A DNA stretch of 64,000 nt, from assembly GCF_001594005.1 (NCBI RefSeq), contig NZ_LTBA01000009.1, forward strand, positions 1 to 64,000, in the 5' to 3' direction. The DNA comes from Clostridium tepidiprofundi DSM 19306. GTDB taxonomy: Bacteria; Bacillota; Clostridia; Clostridiales; Clostridiaceae. A program made the translations under genes and the position numbers. Below the pieces are notes generated by a model. The model was given only the letters and a program-made list of their open reading frames with translations, made no database searches and was not told where the DNA came from. Below are positions 54,701 to 64,000 of the stretch, one piece after another. The first letter of the stretch is position 1; each line of letters opens with the position of its first letter.

Positions 54701-57193
54701 GATGTGTGTGAAAAAAATAATTTTAAAGGATACTTGTTTAATGCCTATGTAGTTATTGCAAATACATATTTAAGAATTAATAAATTTGATAAGGCGTTCA
54801 AATATTATCAGATAAGCAGTGATGAAATGGATGAACAAATAGATAAGATAAGATTTTCTGGCGAATATAGAATAATGGAAGCAGAGTTGCATTTGAAATT
54901 TGGTGATATAAAAATAGCAAAGGAAAGTATTGGAAAAGCTTTAAATATATATAAGTATGAGAAGTCTATACTAAAAACTAAAGCTGAATTATTATTGTTT
55001 ATAATTAATATTTTAGATGGTCAGGAAAATATAGATGATAATATCATTGTAGAGTTTAAAGATATATTAGGTAGATATTCAAATATTGAGAATAGGTTAG
55101 AAATTATATATGAGGTGTGTATTCATCTATATAAAAATAAAAAAAATGATTTATTATATAAAATTTTTAATTATGCTGAAAAATTAGATTGTGATATAAA
55201 ACAAAAATGTATAAAAGCTAAACGATTATTTTTAAAGTCATTATTTGAAAAAAATGAATTAAAAAAATTAGAATTATTGATAAATGCATTAGACATGAGT
55301 AAAGATGATAAGTGTATTTGTTGGAACATATATGTTGATATGGGAGATTATTATTTTAGAAGAAGTAGATATTACTATGCACTAATTTATTATTTTGAAG
55401 CATGTCATGTAGCTAAAAGTTTATTATTATCTATTCCTGAGAATTATAGAGTTAATTTTGCTAAATTTAAATGTATTTCAGAACCATTTAATAAATTTAT
55501 AAATGCAAAAAATTATATCAATAATTGTAGTTATTTGGATGTTTGTAATAAGGGGATAACTTCTTTAGGAGATATTAATGAATTATTTTCATTTGTTGAC
55601 TACAATGATGTCATAAATGATGAAAAAATTATTTGTTTTGCTAGAAAATTATATAATTTATCTTTTTATGATGATGTTAGGGACATTAACGACGTATTAA
55701 TATATTTGAATAATAATGATGTTAGTAATATTAATATGATAAATAAATATATGGCTTATATGACATTAGCGAGTACAAGTTTGATAATATTGGATGAAAA
55801 TGATGAATTTAATGTAATTGCCTCAACTAGTGCAAATACAGTACTTGATAAAGATAAACTTAAAATAATAAATAAAGTTAAGGATACTTCGAATGTTTTG
55901 ATGGTTTCTAAATTTTATAATAGTTTATATGAAGTAGGTATACTTCCTAAGGATATGAGTGCAGTTATGTGTTTGCCTATTATAATAAATGATGTATATG
56001 ATGATTGCTTTGAAGATAATAGAAGAAAGAATATGTTTGATAGAGAAATTATTCAAGGATATATTTACATGGAGTCTAACAGAAGTTTAAATAATTTTAC
56101 ATATACTACGCTTAAAGAGTGTTTGATTGTAAGTAAATTAGTAGGCGTAATACTTGATAAAATCAAAATAAAAACAGATGCATCTATTGATAAATTAACT
56201 GGTACTTTGACTAGAAAATATTTGGAGTTAAATATAAAAGAAGTATTAGAAAAAGCTAATAATTATGGCGGAAAGTTTTCTATGATAATGTTTGATTTAG
56301 ATGATTTTAAAAGTATAAATGATAATTTTGGTCATCAGACAGGAGATTTTGTTCTCTCTAAAATATGTGAAATAGTTAAAAAGAGTATTAGAAAATCTGA
56401 TATATTAGGAAGATATGGAGGGGAAGAATTTATAGTGATACTTCCTAATACTGATATTGATGATGCAGAAATTGTTGCTGAAAAGTTAAGAAGTAATGTC
56501 CATAATTCGAGATTATTAGGTGATAAAAGGGAAATCACGATTAGCATGGGGTTGGTGAACTATCCTAGACATGCCCAATGGGGTAACGAGCTTATTGAAA
56601 AAGTTGATCAGGCATTATATGTTGCTAAAGAAAATGGTAAAAATCAATATAGAGTATGGAGCGATGAGTTTAAAGATACTATAAAGAGAAGTAATAAGCT
56701 TTCAGGAATTATTACTGGAAATTCGGTTCAAGATCAAAGAAATGTACTTACTATGATTGAATTGGTTAATTTAATTGATGAAGAACTTAGTAAAGATGAG
56801 AAAATATTTAAATTTTTGGGGAGGATTATTGAAACTACAGAGGCGGAAAAGGGAATGTTAGCAATTGTTAAAAACGGAAGAATAGAAAAAAAATATTGCA
56901 GAGAAATATTTAAGTCAAAGTACGTAGAAAATATAAATTATAATGAAAATATTATTAATTTTGTTATATCAAAAAAAGAAGGAACTTATCTAATTGATTG
57001 GGATAATATAACTAAATATAACAATATTACAGGTGTGCCCGACTGGAATTCAGTGATCTGTGTGCCAATTACCCAAAATAAAACAGTGCTTGGGGTGGTA
57101 TATCTATGCGTATCTACAGCTCAAAAGGAATTCAATTTTGGTGATTTTAATTTTGTTAATATACTCTCTGAGCTTGCTATACCGATTATTTAA
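51785..57193 (+). CDS. 1,802-aa multidomain signalling protein: degenerate Ser/Thr kinase-like domain, STAND-type ATPase (AAA_16-like), TPR repeats, GAF, GGDEF diguanylate cyclase, C-terminal GAF
   Basis: Kinase-like N-terminus lacking the HRD Asp (YNSINTDNILI) and the Gly-loop glycines; Walker A GEMGIGKT, Walker B VVFIIDNFH; long TPR region; GGDEF motifs DLDDFKSINDNFGHQTGD and RYGGEEF; GAF-like CVPI ... GVVYL at the C-terminus. Confidence 0.85.
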   Translation: MKIINNRYRIIRKLSHSKVKSSFLVSDVLKNSKRVKIDILNSEYIPEKLINFYVESFIKLSNIISSNIIRVYDFGLVKFIDSKALEKKQYFYTSEYFEKSEKLIDVVNIEDNENILEFFVQICYAINYLHLRGMFYNSINTDNILIIKDNGTKRVMLKDMASIELEKYFYSQGKGNIKYSSKSSILYNNMASNSTDMYLLGESMFYLLCKKNNRFEETYAYDELIEKIDEFALYHCDNEFDLNILKIIRNMVKEPSDRQFENIGQVIEEINKTFNKQYKYYKRNEIERLTFNFELIGREYEKSEVIKTYDMIKNGAISSSFIFIHGEMGIGKTKLLKNIEYTLRLDGANIYSSYGLNMVNKGTNKAFIEILKKIIIESNNINLSKYDSELIKFIPELSKRRNVIPSKPLDGNKEKLRLINRSSGFVNEVICNRKVVFIIDNFHLADEFTIDFFKYLLFHDLGNFLFVVSYCDGECLLNKEFIRFMNEIFQKSNSKRILLEGLNIGQTSKMIQNILNMPKEPMKFTESIYAKTRGNPLFVKEIIKNLFTKKIIYIDKKTGQWFTDYKNEELPIPINIEQAVLVQIKETDEFSYKILSIISIFNKPVSINIIKEFIDADKEKIEKTVECLMTKGVLCKHIEDKGFAYDYYNMILKNAIYNKICIEDRNKNHKLAAAILENQYKDGREEYLQELIYHLERSYQKQKIIDYCVKNSQKMLKFKNTSDALKNLEKALSMYDKESVEQNKIDIVYLIANIYFENSEYDLAMTYFRNLIDISINVGNKIYQIYAMNKIAKIYMDRNKFDIMKDIIKEVEKLLRNVKCIEGYIEWSYLQAYVYLINQEYKKGEELCEKSLKLCGNKCYELKGRLYNILGNIYLQNSETDKAIMCFKASIINFEVVKQIKGVIIASNNIGVIYGDFYQNFDEALKYYYKILKICIDNNFILWETKVKTNIASIYFNKTNYKMVIEYLENVIDVCEKNNFKGYLFNAYVVIANTYLRINKFDKAFKYYQISSDEMDEQIDKIRFSGEYRIMEAELHLKFGDIKIAKESIGKALNIYKYEKSILKTKAELLLFIINILDGQENIDDNIIVEFKDILGRYSNIENRLEIIYEVCIHLYKNKKNDLLYKIFNYAEKLDCDIKQKCIKAKRLFLKSLFEKNELKKLELLINALDMSKDDKCICWNIYVDMGDYYFRRSRYYYALIYYFEACHVAKSLLLSIPENYRVNFAKFKCISEPFNKFINAKNYINNCSYLDVCNKGITSLGDINELFSFVDYNDVINDEKIICFARKLYNLSFYDDVRDINDVLIYLNNNDVSNINMINKYMAYMTLASTSLIILDENDEFNVIASTSANTVLDKDKLKIINKVKDTSNVLMVSKFYNSLYEVGILPKDMSAVMCLPIIINDVYDDCFEDNRRKNMFDREIIQGYIYMESNRSLNNFTYTTLKECLIVSKLVGVILDKIKIKTDASIDKLTGTLTRKYLELNIKEVLEKANNYGGKFSMIMFDLDDFKSINDNFGHQTGDFVLSKICEIVKKSIRKSDILGRYGGEEFIVILPNTDIDDAEIVAEKLRSNVHNSRLLGDKREITISMGLVNYPRHAQWGNELIEKVDQALYVAKENGKNQYRVWSDEFKDTIKRSNKLSGIITGNSVQDQRNVLTMIELVNLIDEELSKDEKIFKFLGRIIETTEAEKGMLAIVKNGRIEKKYCREIFKSKYVENINYNENIINFVISKKEGTYLIDWDNITKYNNITGVPDWNSVICVPITQNKTVLGVVYLCVSTAQKEFNFGDFNFVNILSELAIPII

Positions 57194-57210
57194 TTGATAA
57201 GGTATTGGTG

Positions 57211-57316
57211 AAGGTGAATATGTTTTGCTAAAGAAAAACATAGGGACTTCAAGTGGAGGCTCTATTCCAACTGAAGTAAAATGCTTCAATTTCCCATTTA
57301 TAGAAGTTCTAATATG
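57211..57316 (-). repeat. structured intergenic repeat, copy E (orientation 2)
   Basis: Aligns with copy D; begins 18 nt after the giant gene stop. Confidence 0.8.
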
Positions 57317-57400
57317 TTTTTTTAAAAATAACTTAAGAAAATATTTTTAACATGAATATATATGTACTATGGATTAATTTTAAAGATAGGGGTATATATT

Positions 57401-58726
57401 ATGAAAAAGAAGAAAGAAAAGCAGTTAAAGGATAAGAATATGGCAAAAAACAATATTAAAGATTTATATGAGTTAACACCTCAGAATATGTCTTCTGTTG
57501 TTAATAAAAAACCAGGAATAAGCATAAAATTCAACAGTATTTATGAAAATATAGATTTATATTCATTTAGAATGAGTATTGATGATAGAATTGTTTCTTC
57601 TGTAGTGAATAAGCAATATGCTATTTATAAACCTAGAAAAGATTTAAAACATGGTAAACATAGTGTTGAAGTGAGCTTTAAGGATATAAATAATAGGGAT
57701 GTTCAAGTTGAATGGTATTTCTACACGATTGATGAAAAAACAAAATATAGGCTATATTTTGGAGTACCTCACAGTCATACAAATATTTCAAGTGGAGTGG
57801 GTAGTCCAATAGAAGCTTATACAAAAAGCAGAAAAAGAGAATTGGATTATTTAATAATTACAGATCATTCGAGGCGTTTAAGTGGGAAAGGTACTATGAG
57901 TATCAATAAATTAAAAAGGGGGAAAGATTTTGATAAATGGGATTTGACAAATTATGAGGCTGGCATAGTCAATAAGAAGCATAAAAAGTTCTTGGCATTA
58001 GCTGGATTTGAGTTGAGTACTTCATTTTGGGGACATGTAAATGTATATAATTCAAGGGACTATATAAGAAATAAAATGAAAAATTTATACATGTTTTATG
58101 AATGGCTGAATACTAGAAATAATGCAATAATTTCCATTAATCATCCTAATGAAAGTTCAGCTGATATAGAGTATTCACTAGAACTTGATGAATATTTAAA
58201 TTTTATTGAAGTTGCAAATGGAATACCACCAAAGAAATACATGAGAAGAGAGCATATATATTTTAAATTATTGGATAAAGGTTGGCATTTAGGTGTACTA
58301 AATAGTCAGGATAATCATAAGGATGATTGGGGAATATCGGATAATTTGACAGTAATAGCAGCAGAAAAACTCACTAAAAAAGCATTTTTTGAGGCATTAA
58401 AAATGAGACGTACTTATTCAACAGAAAGTAGAACATTAAAGTTAATTGTAAAGTGCAATGGATATTATATGGGAAGTATTATTAATTGCAATATAGGTGA
58501 TAATATAGATTTTGAAATAATTGCAGAGGATAGAAAAAATAAAATTGATAAAATAGAGATAATATCTAATGGTGGTATAACAATTGAATCTAAAAATGAT
58601 TTTAAAAACAAAAATAAGATAATATGGAAACCTCAAATAGTACTTGATAAAAAAAACAGATGGTATGTTGTTAAAGTAACATTGTATAATGATAAATTTG
58701 CTATTGCCTCGGCAATATTTTGTTGA
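57401..58726 (+). CDS. PHP-domain metallohydrolase (CehA/McbA-like) with an N-terminal beta-rich domain
   Basis: PHP motif series HSH-T ... DH ... H ... NHP ... D-x-H; start at MKKKKEK after gatagggg. Confidence 0.6.
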   Translation: MKKKKEKQLKDKNMAKNNIKDLYELTPQNMSSVVNKKPGISIKFNSIYENIDLYSFRMSIDDRIVSSVVNKQYAIYKPRKDLKHGKHSVEVSFKDINNRDVQVEWYFYTIDEKTKYRLYFGVPHSHTNISSGVGSPIEAYTKSRKRELDYLIITDHSRRLSGKGTMSINKLKRGKDFDKWDLTNYEAGIVNKKHKKFLALAGFELSTSFWGHVNVYNSRDYIRNKMKNLYMFYEWLNTRNNAIISINHPNESSADIEYSLELDEYLNFIEVANGIPPKKYMRREHIYFKLLDKGWHLGVLNSQDNHKDDWGISDNLTVIAAEKLTKKAFFEALKMRRTYSTESRTLKLIVKCNGYYMGSIINCNIGDNIDFEIIAEDRKNKIDKIEIISNGGITIESKNDFKNKNKIIWKPQIVLDKKNRWYVVKVTLYNDKFAIASAIFC

Positions 58727-58729
58727 TTG

Positions 58730-58843
58730 ATCGATTCTATAAGATTCCTACTTCTATAAGTGGGAGGTTAAAGCTTCTTGCTTCAGACGGAGTAGAGTTT
58801 CCACCTGAAGTTCCGATGTTTTGCTTTAGCAAAACGAGTTCGC
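58730..58843 (+). repeat. structured intergenic repeat, copy B (orientation 1)
   Basis: About 85-90% identical to copy A along its full length. Confidence 0.85.
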
Positions 58844-58915
58844 TTTGTAAAAATATAACTTTTTAGAATTATATTCGTATATTATGTGAGGGGGTAAAAA
58901 GAAGGGGGAATTTTA

Positions 58916-59833
58916 ATGAAAAATTTATACAGAAAGTACGTAATAGTGCTATTGCTGGCATTTGCAGTATCCTTTATATTTATTGGATGTGGTGCAGAAA
59001 AGAAGAATTTAAAGGATTCAGCTACCATAACAGAAAGTGCTAGAGATGAAAATAAAAGTGATAGCAAAGGGTCAATGGCTTTAAATGATAATAATTATGG
59101 GCAACATATTAAAGATAATAGCAAAATAATAGTTTACAAAACTATTGAATTAGAAACACTAAAGTTTGATGAAGTAAAAAATAAAATTTTACAGAGAACT
59201 AAAGCATATGGTGGGTATGTACAAAGTTCAAATATAGAAGGTATTGGTATTAGACAAAAACATGATAATGCAAATAGATATGCTAATTTAGTGCTAAGAA
59301 TACCTAAAAATAATCTAAGGAATTTTGAGAATGATATTAACAATCTTGATTGTAGTATTGTTGATATCAGCACAAGAACTGAAGATGTAACAATGCAGTA
59401 TTTTGATACAGAAGCACATTTAAAGTCATTAAAAATTGAAGAAGAAAGATTGTTAAATTTACTCAAAAAGACTGGAGAATTAAAGGACATAATTCAGGTA
59501 GAAAGAGAATTGCAGAATGTTAGATATGAAATTGAAAAATTAACTGGTTCATTGAGAAAATTGGACAATTTAGTTGAATATACAACATTTACTGTGCATA
59601 TACGAGAAGTTCATGAGATTAAAGAAAACCCTGTAACCATGGGAGAACGCATAATAAGTGCATTTAAAACATCTGTTAAATATTTAGTTAAATTCTTCAA
59701 AGAAATTTTGATTATAATATTTGCTATAATTCCTTTTGCAATTGTTTTTGGCATTATAGGATTTATAGTGTACAAAACTATTATAAAATTAAAGAAAAAT
59801 AGTGGACATAATGAAATAGATGATAATAAATAG
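58916..59833 (+). CDS. lipoprotein with coiled-coil region and C-terminal TM anchor (possibly DUF4349; family name from memory, not searchable here)
   Basis: Lipobox FIGC after the signal peptide; central coiled-coil; C-terminal hydrophobic helix. Confidence 0.5.
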   Translation: MKNLYRKYVIVLLLAFAVSFIFIGCGAEKKNLKDSATITESARDENKSDSKGSMALNDNNYGQHIKDNSKIIVYKTIELETLKFDEVKNKILQRTKAYGGYVQSSNIEGIGIRQKHDNANRYANLVLRIPKNNLRNFENDINNLDCSIVDISTRTEDVTMQYFDTEAHLKSLKIEEERLLNLLKKTGELKDIIQVERELQNVRYEIEKLTGSLRKLDNLVEYTTFTVHIREVHEIKENPVTMGERIISAFKTSVKYLVKFFKEILIIIFAIIPFAIVFGIIGFIVYKTIIKLKKNSGHNEIDDNK

Positions 59834-59982
59834 TATATATTTAGTTATCAAATAAAATAATATAAAGTGGATACAATGATAAATCATATTGAATAATATT
59901 CCAATGTGATTTATTATTGTATTATAGCATATATTATTTGTTTGATTAATGTAATGGCTTAGAGTCTTATTTTTTATCAATT

Positions 59983-60044
59983 TTATAGATTCTCGTTTTT
60001 GTAAGTGGAAGATTGAAGCTTTTGTTTCGAAAAACTAGTTCACT
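59983..60044 (+). repeat. truncated repeat copy F (internal-deletion derivative retaining the 5' module and 3' end)
   Basis: tatagattctcgtttttgtaagtggaagattgaagcttttg joined to aaaaactagttcact; the central hairpin module is missing. Confidence 0.6.
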
Positions 60045-60169
60045 TAATTATATTTAACTAAAAAGCCCCCACTTTAGCGTGAGCAAGTAGAGGGATAATT
60101 CACTTACACAATATATATAGTTGATTGAATAAAAGTTAAAGCGAAATTATATTGAAAGGGGAGAGAGTG

Positions 60170-63097
60170 ATGAAATTTGAAATTAACAAAGTTTATCATG
60201 GATTTAAGTTGATTGAAGAAAAGGAAGTAAAAGAACTGAATTCAATTGGCAGAATATTTGAACATGAAAAAAGTGGGGCTAGATTATTTCAATTGCAAAA
60301 TGATGATGACAATAAGTTTTTTTCTATAGCTTTTAGAACACCGCCAGAGGATAGCACGGGGCTTCCTCATATACTAGAACATTCTGTACTTTGCGGTTCA
60401 AGAAAATTCCCAATGAAGGAGCCTTTTGTTGAATTATTAAAAGGATCATTGAACACATTTTTGAATGCAATGACGTTTCCAGATAAAACTATGTATCCTG
60501 TAGCTAGCAGGAATGAAAAGGATTTTTTCAATTTAATGGATGTATATTTGGATGCTGTATTTTACCCTAATCTAATAAATACTCCAGAGATATTAATGCA
60601 AGAAGGGTGGCATTATGAAATAGAAGATAAAAATGATGATATTACATATAAAGGTGTGGTATACAATGAAATGAAAGGTGCATTTTCTTCGCCAGAAGGT
60701 GTATTAATGCGTAAAATACAAGAATCTTTATTCGAGGATACTGTTTATTCAAATGAATCAGGTGGAGATCCAGAAGAGATTCCTAAACTCACTCAAGAAA
60801 GATTTGTTGAGTTTCACAAAAAGTATTATCACCCATCAAATAGCTATATTTTCTTATATGGTGATGGAGATTTAGATAAACAACTTGAGTTTATAAATGA
60901 TAACTATTTAAAAGATTTTGATAGAATTACGGTTGATTCTGAAATTAATTATCAGAAACCATACGAAAAAATGAAAACGGTAGAGGAGTTTTATCCTATT
61001 TCTATTGAAGATAGTGAGAATGATAAAACATTTTTAAGCATGAATTTTGTTACAGGCAAATCAACAGATCCAGAAGTTTATTTTGCTATGGAAATATTAG
61101 AATACTTGCTACTTGAAAATTCAGCAGCTCCGCTAAAAAAGGCACTTGTTGATGCTGAACTCGGTAAAGATGTATTTGGACAATTTGATAGTTCTATATT
61201 GCAACCAACTTTCAGTGTTATAATCAAGAACTCTAATGAGGATAAAAGTGAAAAATTCAAAAAAGTTGTTTTTGAAACTTTAAATAAATTGGTAGAAGAT
61301 GGTATAGACAAGAAATTAATTGAGGCATGTATAAACATAACTGAATTCAAGCTCAGAGAAGCAGATTTAGGTGGATATCCTAAGGGATTACATTACAATA
61401 TGTGTGCATTAGATAGTTGGCTTTATAACGGTTCGCCATTTACTAATTTAGAATATGACAGTATATTAAATAAGATTAAATCAGCACTAACAACTGATTA
61501 TTTTGAAGAATTAATAAAGAAATATTTGTTATATAACAATCACAGTACTATGCTTATATTAAAACCTAAAAAAGGTATGGCAGAAGAAAAAGATAGAGAA
61601 TTAAAACAAAAACTTAAGGATTATAAAGCTAGTTTATCAGAAAAAGAAATCGAAAAATTAGTTGAGCAGACATTAAAGCTTAAAAAGAGGCAGATAACAC
61701 CGGATTCAAAGGAAGATTTAGAAACAATACCTATGGTTTCTATTGATGATATAGATAAAAAGGCAGAGGAAATTCCACAGCAGATAAAAGAGGAGAATGG
61801 AGTTAATATTTTATATCATAATATTTTTACAAGTGGTATAGCATATATTGATTTATATTTTGATACTTCAATGTTAAAGAGAGAACTTATACCATATATT
61901 AATCTTTTATCTGGTATTTTAGGTAAAATAAGCACAGAAAAAAGTCATTATTCAGAGCTTTCAAATGAAATAAACATAAATACAGGAGGAATACAATTTA
62001 CTAGCAGTGCATTTGGGGATGTTAAGTACACAGATAAATTTTACCCTAAATTTATTGTAAAATCTAAAGTATTACCTAATAAAATACCACAGCTTATGAA
62101 TTTGCTTCATGAAATTATTTCTACTAGCAATTTTGACGATAAGAAGAGAATTAAAGAAATAATTCAGCAGATGAAATCAAGAGAAGAAATGAAAATATTC
62201 GAAAGAGGTCATATTGTTGCTGCGAATAGAGTAATGTCTTATTTTTCGCATGCAGGAAGATATATGGATGAGTTGAATGGATTAGGTTTTTATAAGTTTA
62301 TAACAAATTTAGAGAAAAATTACGAAACAATGTCTGAAGAAATCATAAACAATTTAAAAGAAGTATATAACACTATATTTAATAAGAACAATTTAGTTGT
62401 GAGCATTACATCAGAAGAAACAGAATATGCTGATATTATTAAAAATCTATCAACTATGACGGATAAGCTTAAAACTATTGAATTTAATACTCAAGAATAT
62501 TTATTTGATATTGATAGAAAAAATGAGGGTTTACTTACTTCTGGAAATGTACAATATGTAGCAAAAGGTTATAATTTTAAAAAATTAGGTTATAAGTATG
62601 ATGGTACAATGCTTGTACTTAAAACCATTATTAATATGGATTATCTATGGAATAAAGTACGTGTTCAAGGTGGAGCGTATGGATGTTTTATGAGAGTTAC
62701 CAAAGGTGGAACTATTGGATTTTCTTCATATAGAGATCCAAATTTAAAAGAGACTTTAAATGTTTATGATAATACTGTTGATTATGTAAAAAATATTGAA
62801 CTATCAGAGAGAGAAATGACAAAATATATAATAGGAACTATTAGTGAACTTGATCAGCCATTGACACCTTCCATGAAAGGAGAAAGAGCATCAACTAACT
62901 TTTTTAGAAATATAAGTCAAGAATACTTGCAGAATGAGAGAGATAACGTTTTGAATGTTAATGTAGAAAAATTAAAGAAATTTGCTGATGTGATAGAGGA
63001 TATTGTTTCTAAAGATTATTATTGCGTTTTGGGTAATGAAACAAAAATAAAAGAGAATAAAGATATATTTAAAGAGCTTGTTACGGTGTTTGAGTAA
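60170..63097 (+). CDS. M16C family zinc metallopeptidase (insulinase/PreP-like)
   Basis: Inverted zinc motif HILEHSVLCGS (HxxEH) and about 975 aa length. Confidence 0.85.
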   Translation: MKFEINKVYHGFKLIEEKEVKELNSIGRIFEHEKSGARLFQLQNDDDNKFFSIAFRTPPEDSTGLPHILEHSVLCGSRKFPMKEPFVELLKGSLNTFLNAMTFPDKTMYPVASRNEKDFFNLMDVYLDAVFYPNLINTPEILMQEGWHYEIEDKNDDITYKGVVYNEMKGAFSSPEGVLMRKIQESLFEDTVYSNESGGDPEEIPKLTQERFVEFHKKYYHPSNSYIFLYGDGDLDKQLEFINDNYLKDFDRITVDSEINYQKPYEKMKTVEEFYPISIEDSENDKTFLSMNFVTGKSTDPEVYFAMEILEYLLLENSAAPLKKALVDAELGKDVFGQFDSSILQPTFSVIIKNSNEDKSEKFKKVVFETLNKLVEDGIDKKLIEACINITEFKLREADLGGYPKGLHYNMCALDSWLYNGSPFTNLEYDSILNKIKSALTTDYFEELIKKYLLYNNHSTMLILKPKKGMAEEKDRELKQKLKDYKASLSEKEIEKLVEQTLKLKKRQITPDSKEDLETIPMVSIDDIDKKAEEIPQQIKEENGVNILYHNIFTSGIAYIDLYFDTSMLKRELIPYINLLSGILGKISTEKSHYSELSNEININTGGIQFTSSAFGDVKYTDKFYPKFIVKSKVLPNKIPQLMNLLHEIISTSNFDDKKRIKEIIQQMKSREEMKIFERGHIVAANRVMSYFSHAGRYMDELNGLGFYKFITNLEKNYETMSEEIINNLKEVYNTIFNKNNLVVSITSEETEYADIIKNLSTMTDKLKTIEFNTQEYLFDIDRKNEGLLTSGNVQYVAKGYNFKKLGYKYDGTMLVLKTIINMDYLWNKVRVQGGAYGCFMRVTKGGTIGFSSYRDPNLKETLNVYDNTVDYVKNIELSEREMTKYIIGTISELDQPLTPSMKGERASTNFFRNISQEYLQNERDNVLNVNVEKLKKFADVIEDIVSKDYYCVLGNETKIKENKDIFKELVTVFE

Positions 63098-63101
63098 AAA
63101 C

Positions 63102-63141
63102 AAAATGATGGTTTTCTATTAACGTAGAAAATCATCATTTT
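63102..63141 (+). terminator. terminator aaaatgatgGttttcta / tagaaaaTcatcatttt
   Basis: 17-bp stem with one G-U pair. Confidence 0.65.
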
Positions 63142-63213
63142 AAGCATTTGATGATAAAAGAGTATCATTTTATATATTATACTTATCAAGTTACAAAATC
63201 CATGGAGGAGTAA

Positions 63214-64000
63214 TATGAGTATTAAAGCATTATTCACATATGATTATGGTAAAGAAAAGATGAATTCCATAAAAAAATTAGGATATGATATTACAATCAT
63301 TAATGAAAGAGATATTGAATATTGCAACGAAATTAAAGAAACTGAGGTGCTAGTATGTTATAATCCATTTGAAACATTGGATATAAGTAAAATGGATAAA
63401 CTAAGATGGATACAACTTTCAAGTATAGGTATAGACCAGCTTCCAGTAGAAATTGCTATTGCTAAAAATATAGTAGTTACCAACAATAGAGGGGGATATT
63501 CTATTCCTATTGGAGAATGGATTGTACTTAAAACACTTGAGATGCTAAAGAACAGTAAAAGGTTATATATGCAGCAGATGGGCAAAAAATGGAGAATAGA
63601 TACAAGTATTTTAGAGTTGTACGGTAAAACAATTGGTTTTGTTGGGACAGGGACAATAGCTAGGGAAGCGGCAAAGAGACTTAAGGGGTTTGAAGTGAAT
63701 ATATTAGGTGTGAATACTAAGGGTAGGTGTACTGAATATTTTGATAAATGCTTTTCAATAGAAGAATTAGATAAAATGCTTTCATTGAGTGATATAGTTG
63801 TTATTACAATACCATATACTGAAACAACCCATAAGTTGATAGATTGTAAAAGATTTTCTTCAATGAAAAATGGTGTGTATTTTATAAATGTGGCACGAGG
63901 AAATGTTGTTGATGAGTGTGAACTTATTAAAAATTTAAAGAATAAAAAAATAAAAGCAGCTGCATTAGATGTTTTTGAAGATGAGCCATTATCAATGGAT
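63214..64000 (+). CDS. D-isomer-specific 2-hydroxyacid dehydrogenase (partial; continues past the window end)
   Basis: ATG after ggaggagt; NAD fold GFVGTGTIAREAA; no stop before 64000, so absent from the ORF track. Confidence 0.75.

Overview
This window is a low-GC (roughly 28% by eye) Firmicutes chromosome segment, Clostridium-like in gene content, mostly core metabolism with a few accessory insertions. All calls below come from reading motifs and gene order in the sequence; no database searches were possible.

Genes, in order along the window:
- A partial tRNA 3' end, then an Rpn-family nuclease and a class II Fic protein (a small accessory islet).
- A CPBP intramembrane protease on the minus strand.
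- A three-gene ABC-2 transporter whose leader carries a 28-codon ORF and a repeat copy.
- A complete glycerol operon: glpK, glpF, a glpA-like G3P dehydrogenase, an FAD oxidoreductase, a DUF1667 protein and the glpP antiterminator.
- DegV.
- Two tandem LCP-family paralogs with long D/K/N/Q-rich low-complexity tails.
- An MFS transporter, then an NfeD/flotillin pair, yhaM, a DUF3006 protein, two FAD flavoproteins and purA.
- A tandemly duplicated tRNA Glu-Val-Asp module followed by tRNA-Thr, driven by stacked promoters.
- A convergent DnaD-domain/DnaI-like helicase-loader pair.
- A small membrane peptide, then a response regulator, histidine kinase and ABC ATPase plus FtsX permease module, a predicted ABC-class ATPase and a ferritin-like protein.
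- A complete type II fatty-acid synthesis cluster: fabT, fabH, acpP, fabK, fabD, fabG, fabF, accB, fabZ, accC, accD, accA.
- An alpha/beta-type SASP and a SEC-C methionine aminopeptidase.
- A 1,802-aa pseudokinase / STAND-type (AAA_16-like) ATPase / TPR / GAF / GGDEF / GAF protein, followed by a PHP-domain hydrolase and a lipoprotein of possibly DUF4349 type.
- An M16C zinc peptidase and a partial 2-hydroxyacid dehydrogenase at the window end.

The two observations most worth a second look:
- A structured intergenic repeat family of about 110 nt, present as 5 full copies plus one internal-deletion derivative, in both orientations. It is concentrated around the giant signalling gene.
- That giant STAND-GGDEF protein and its repeat-punctuated neighbourhood, which is the best candidate for an uncharacterised signalling or defence-like module.

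I saw no CRISPR array, IS element or rRNA.
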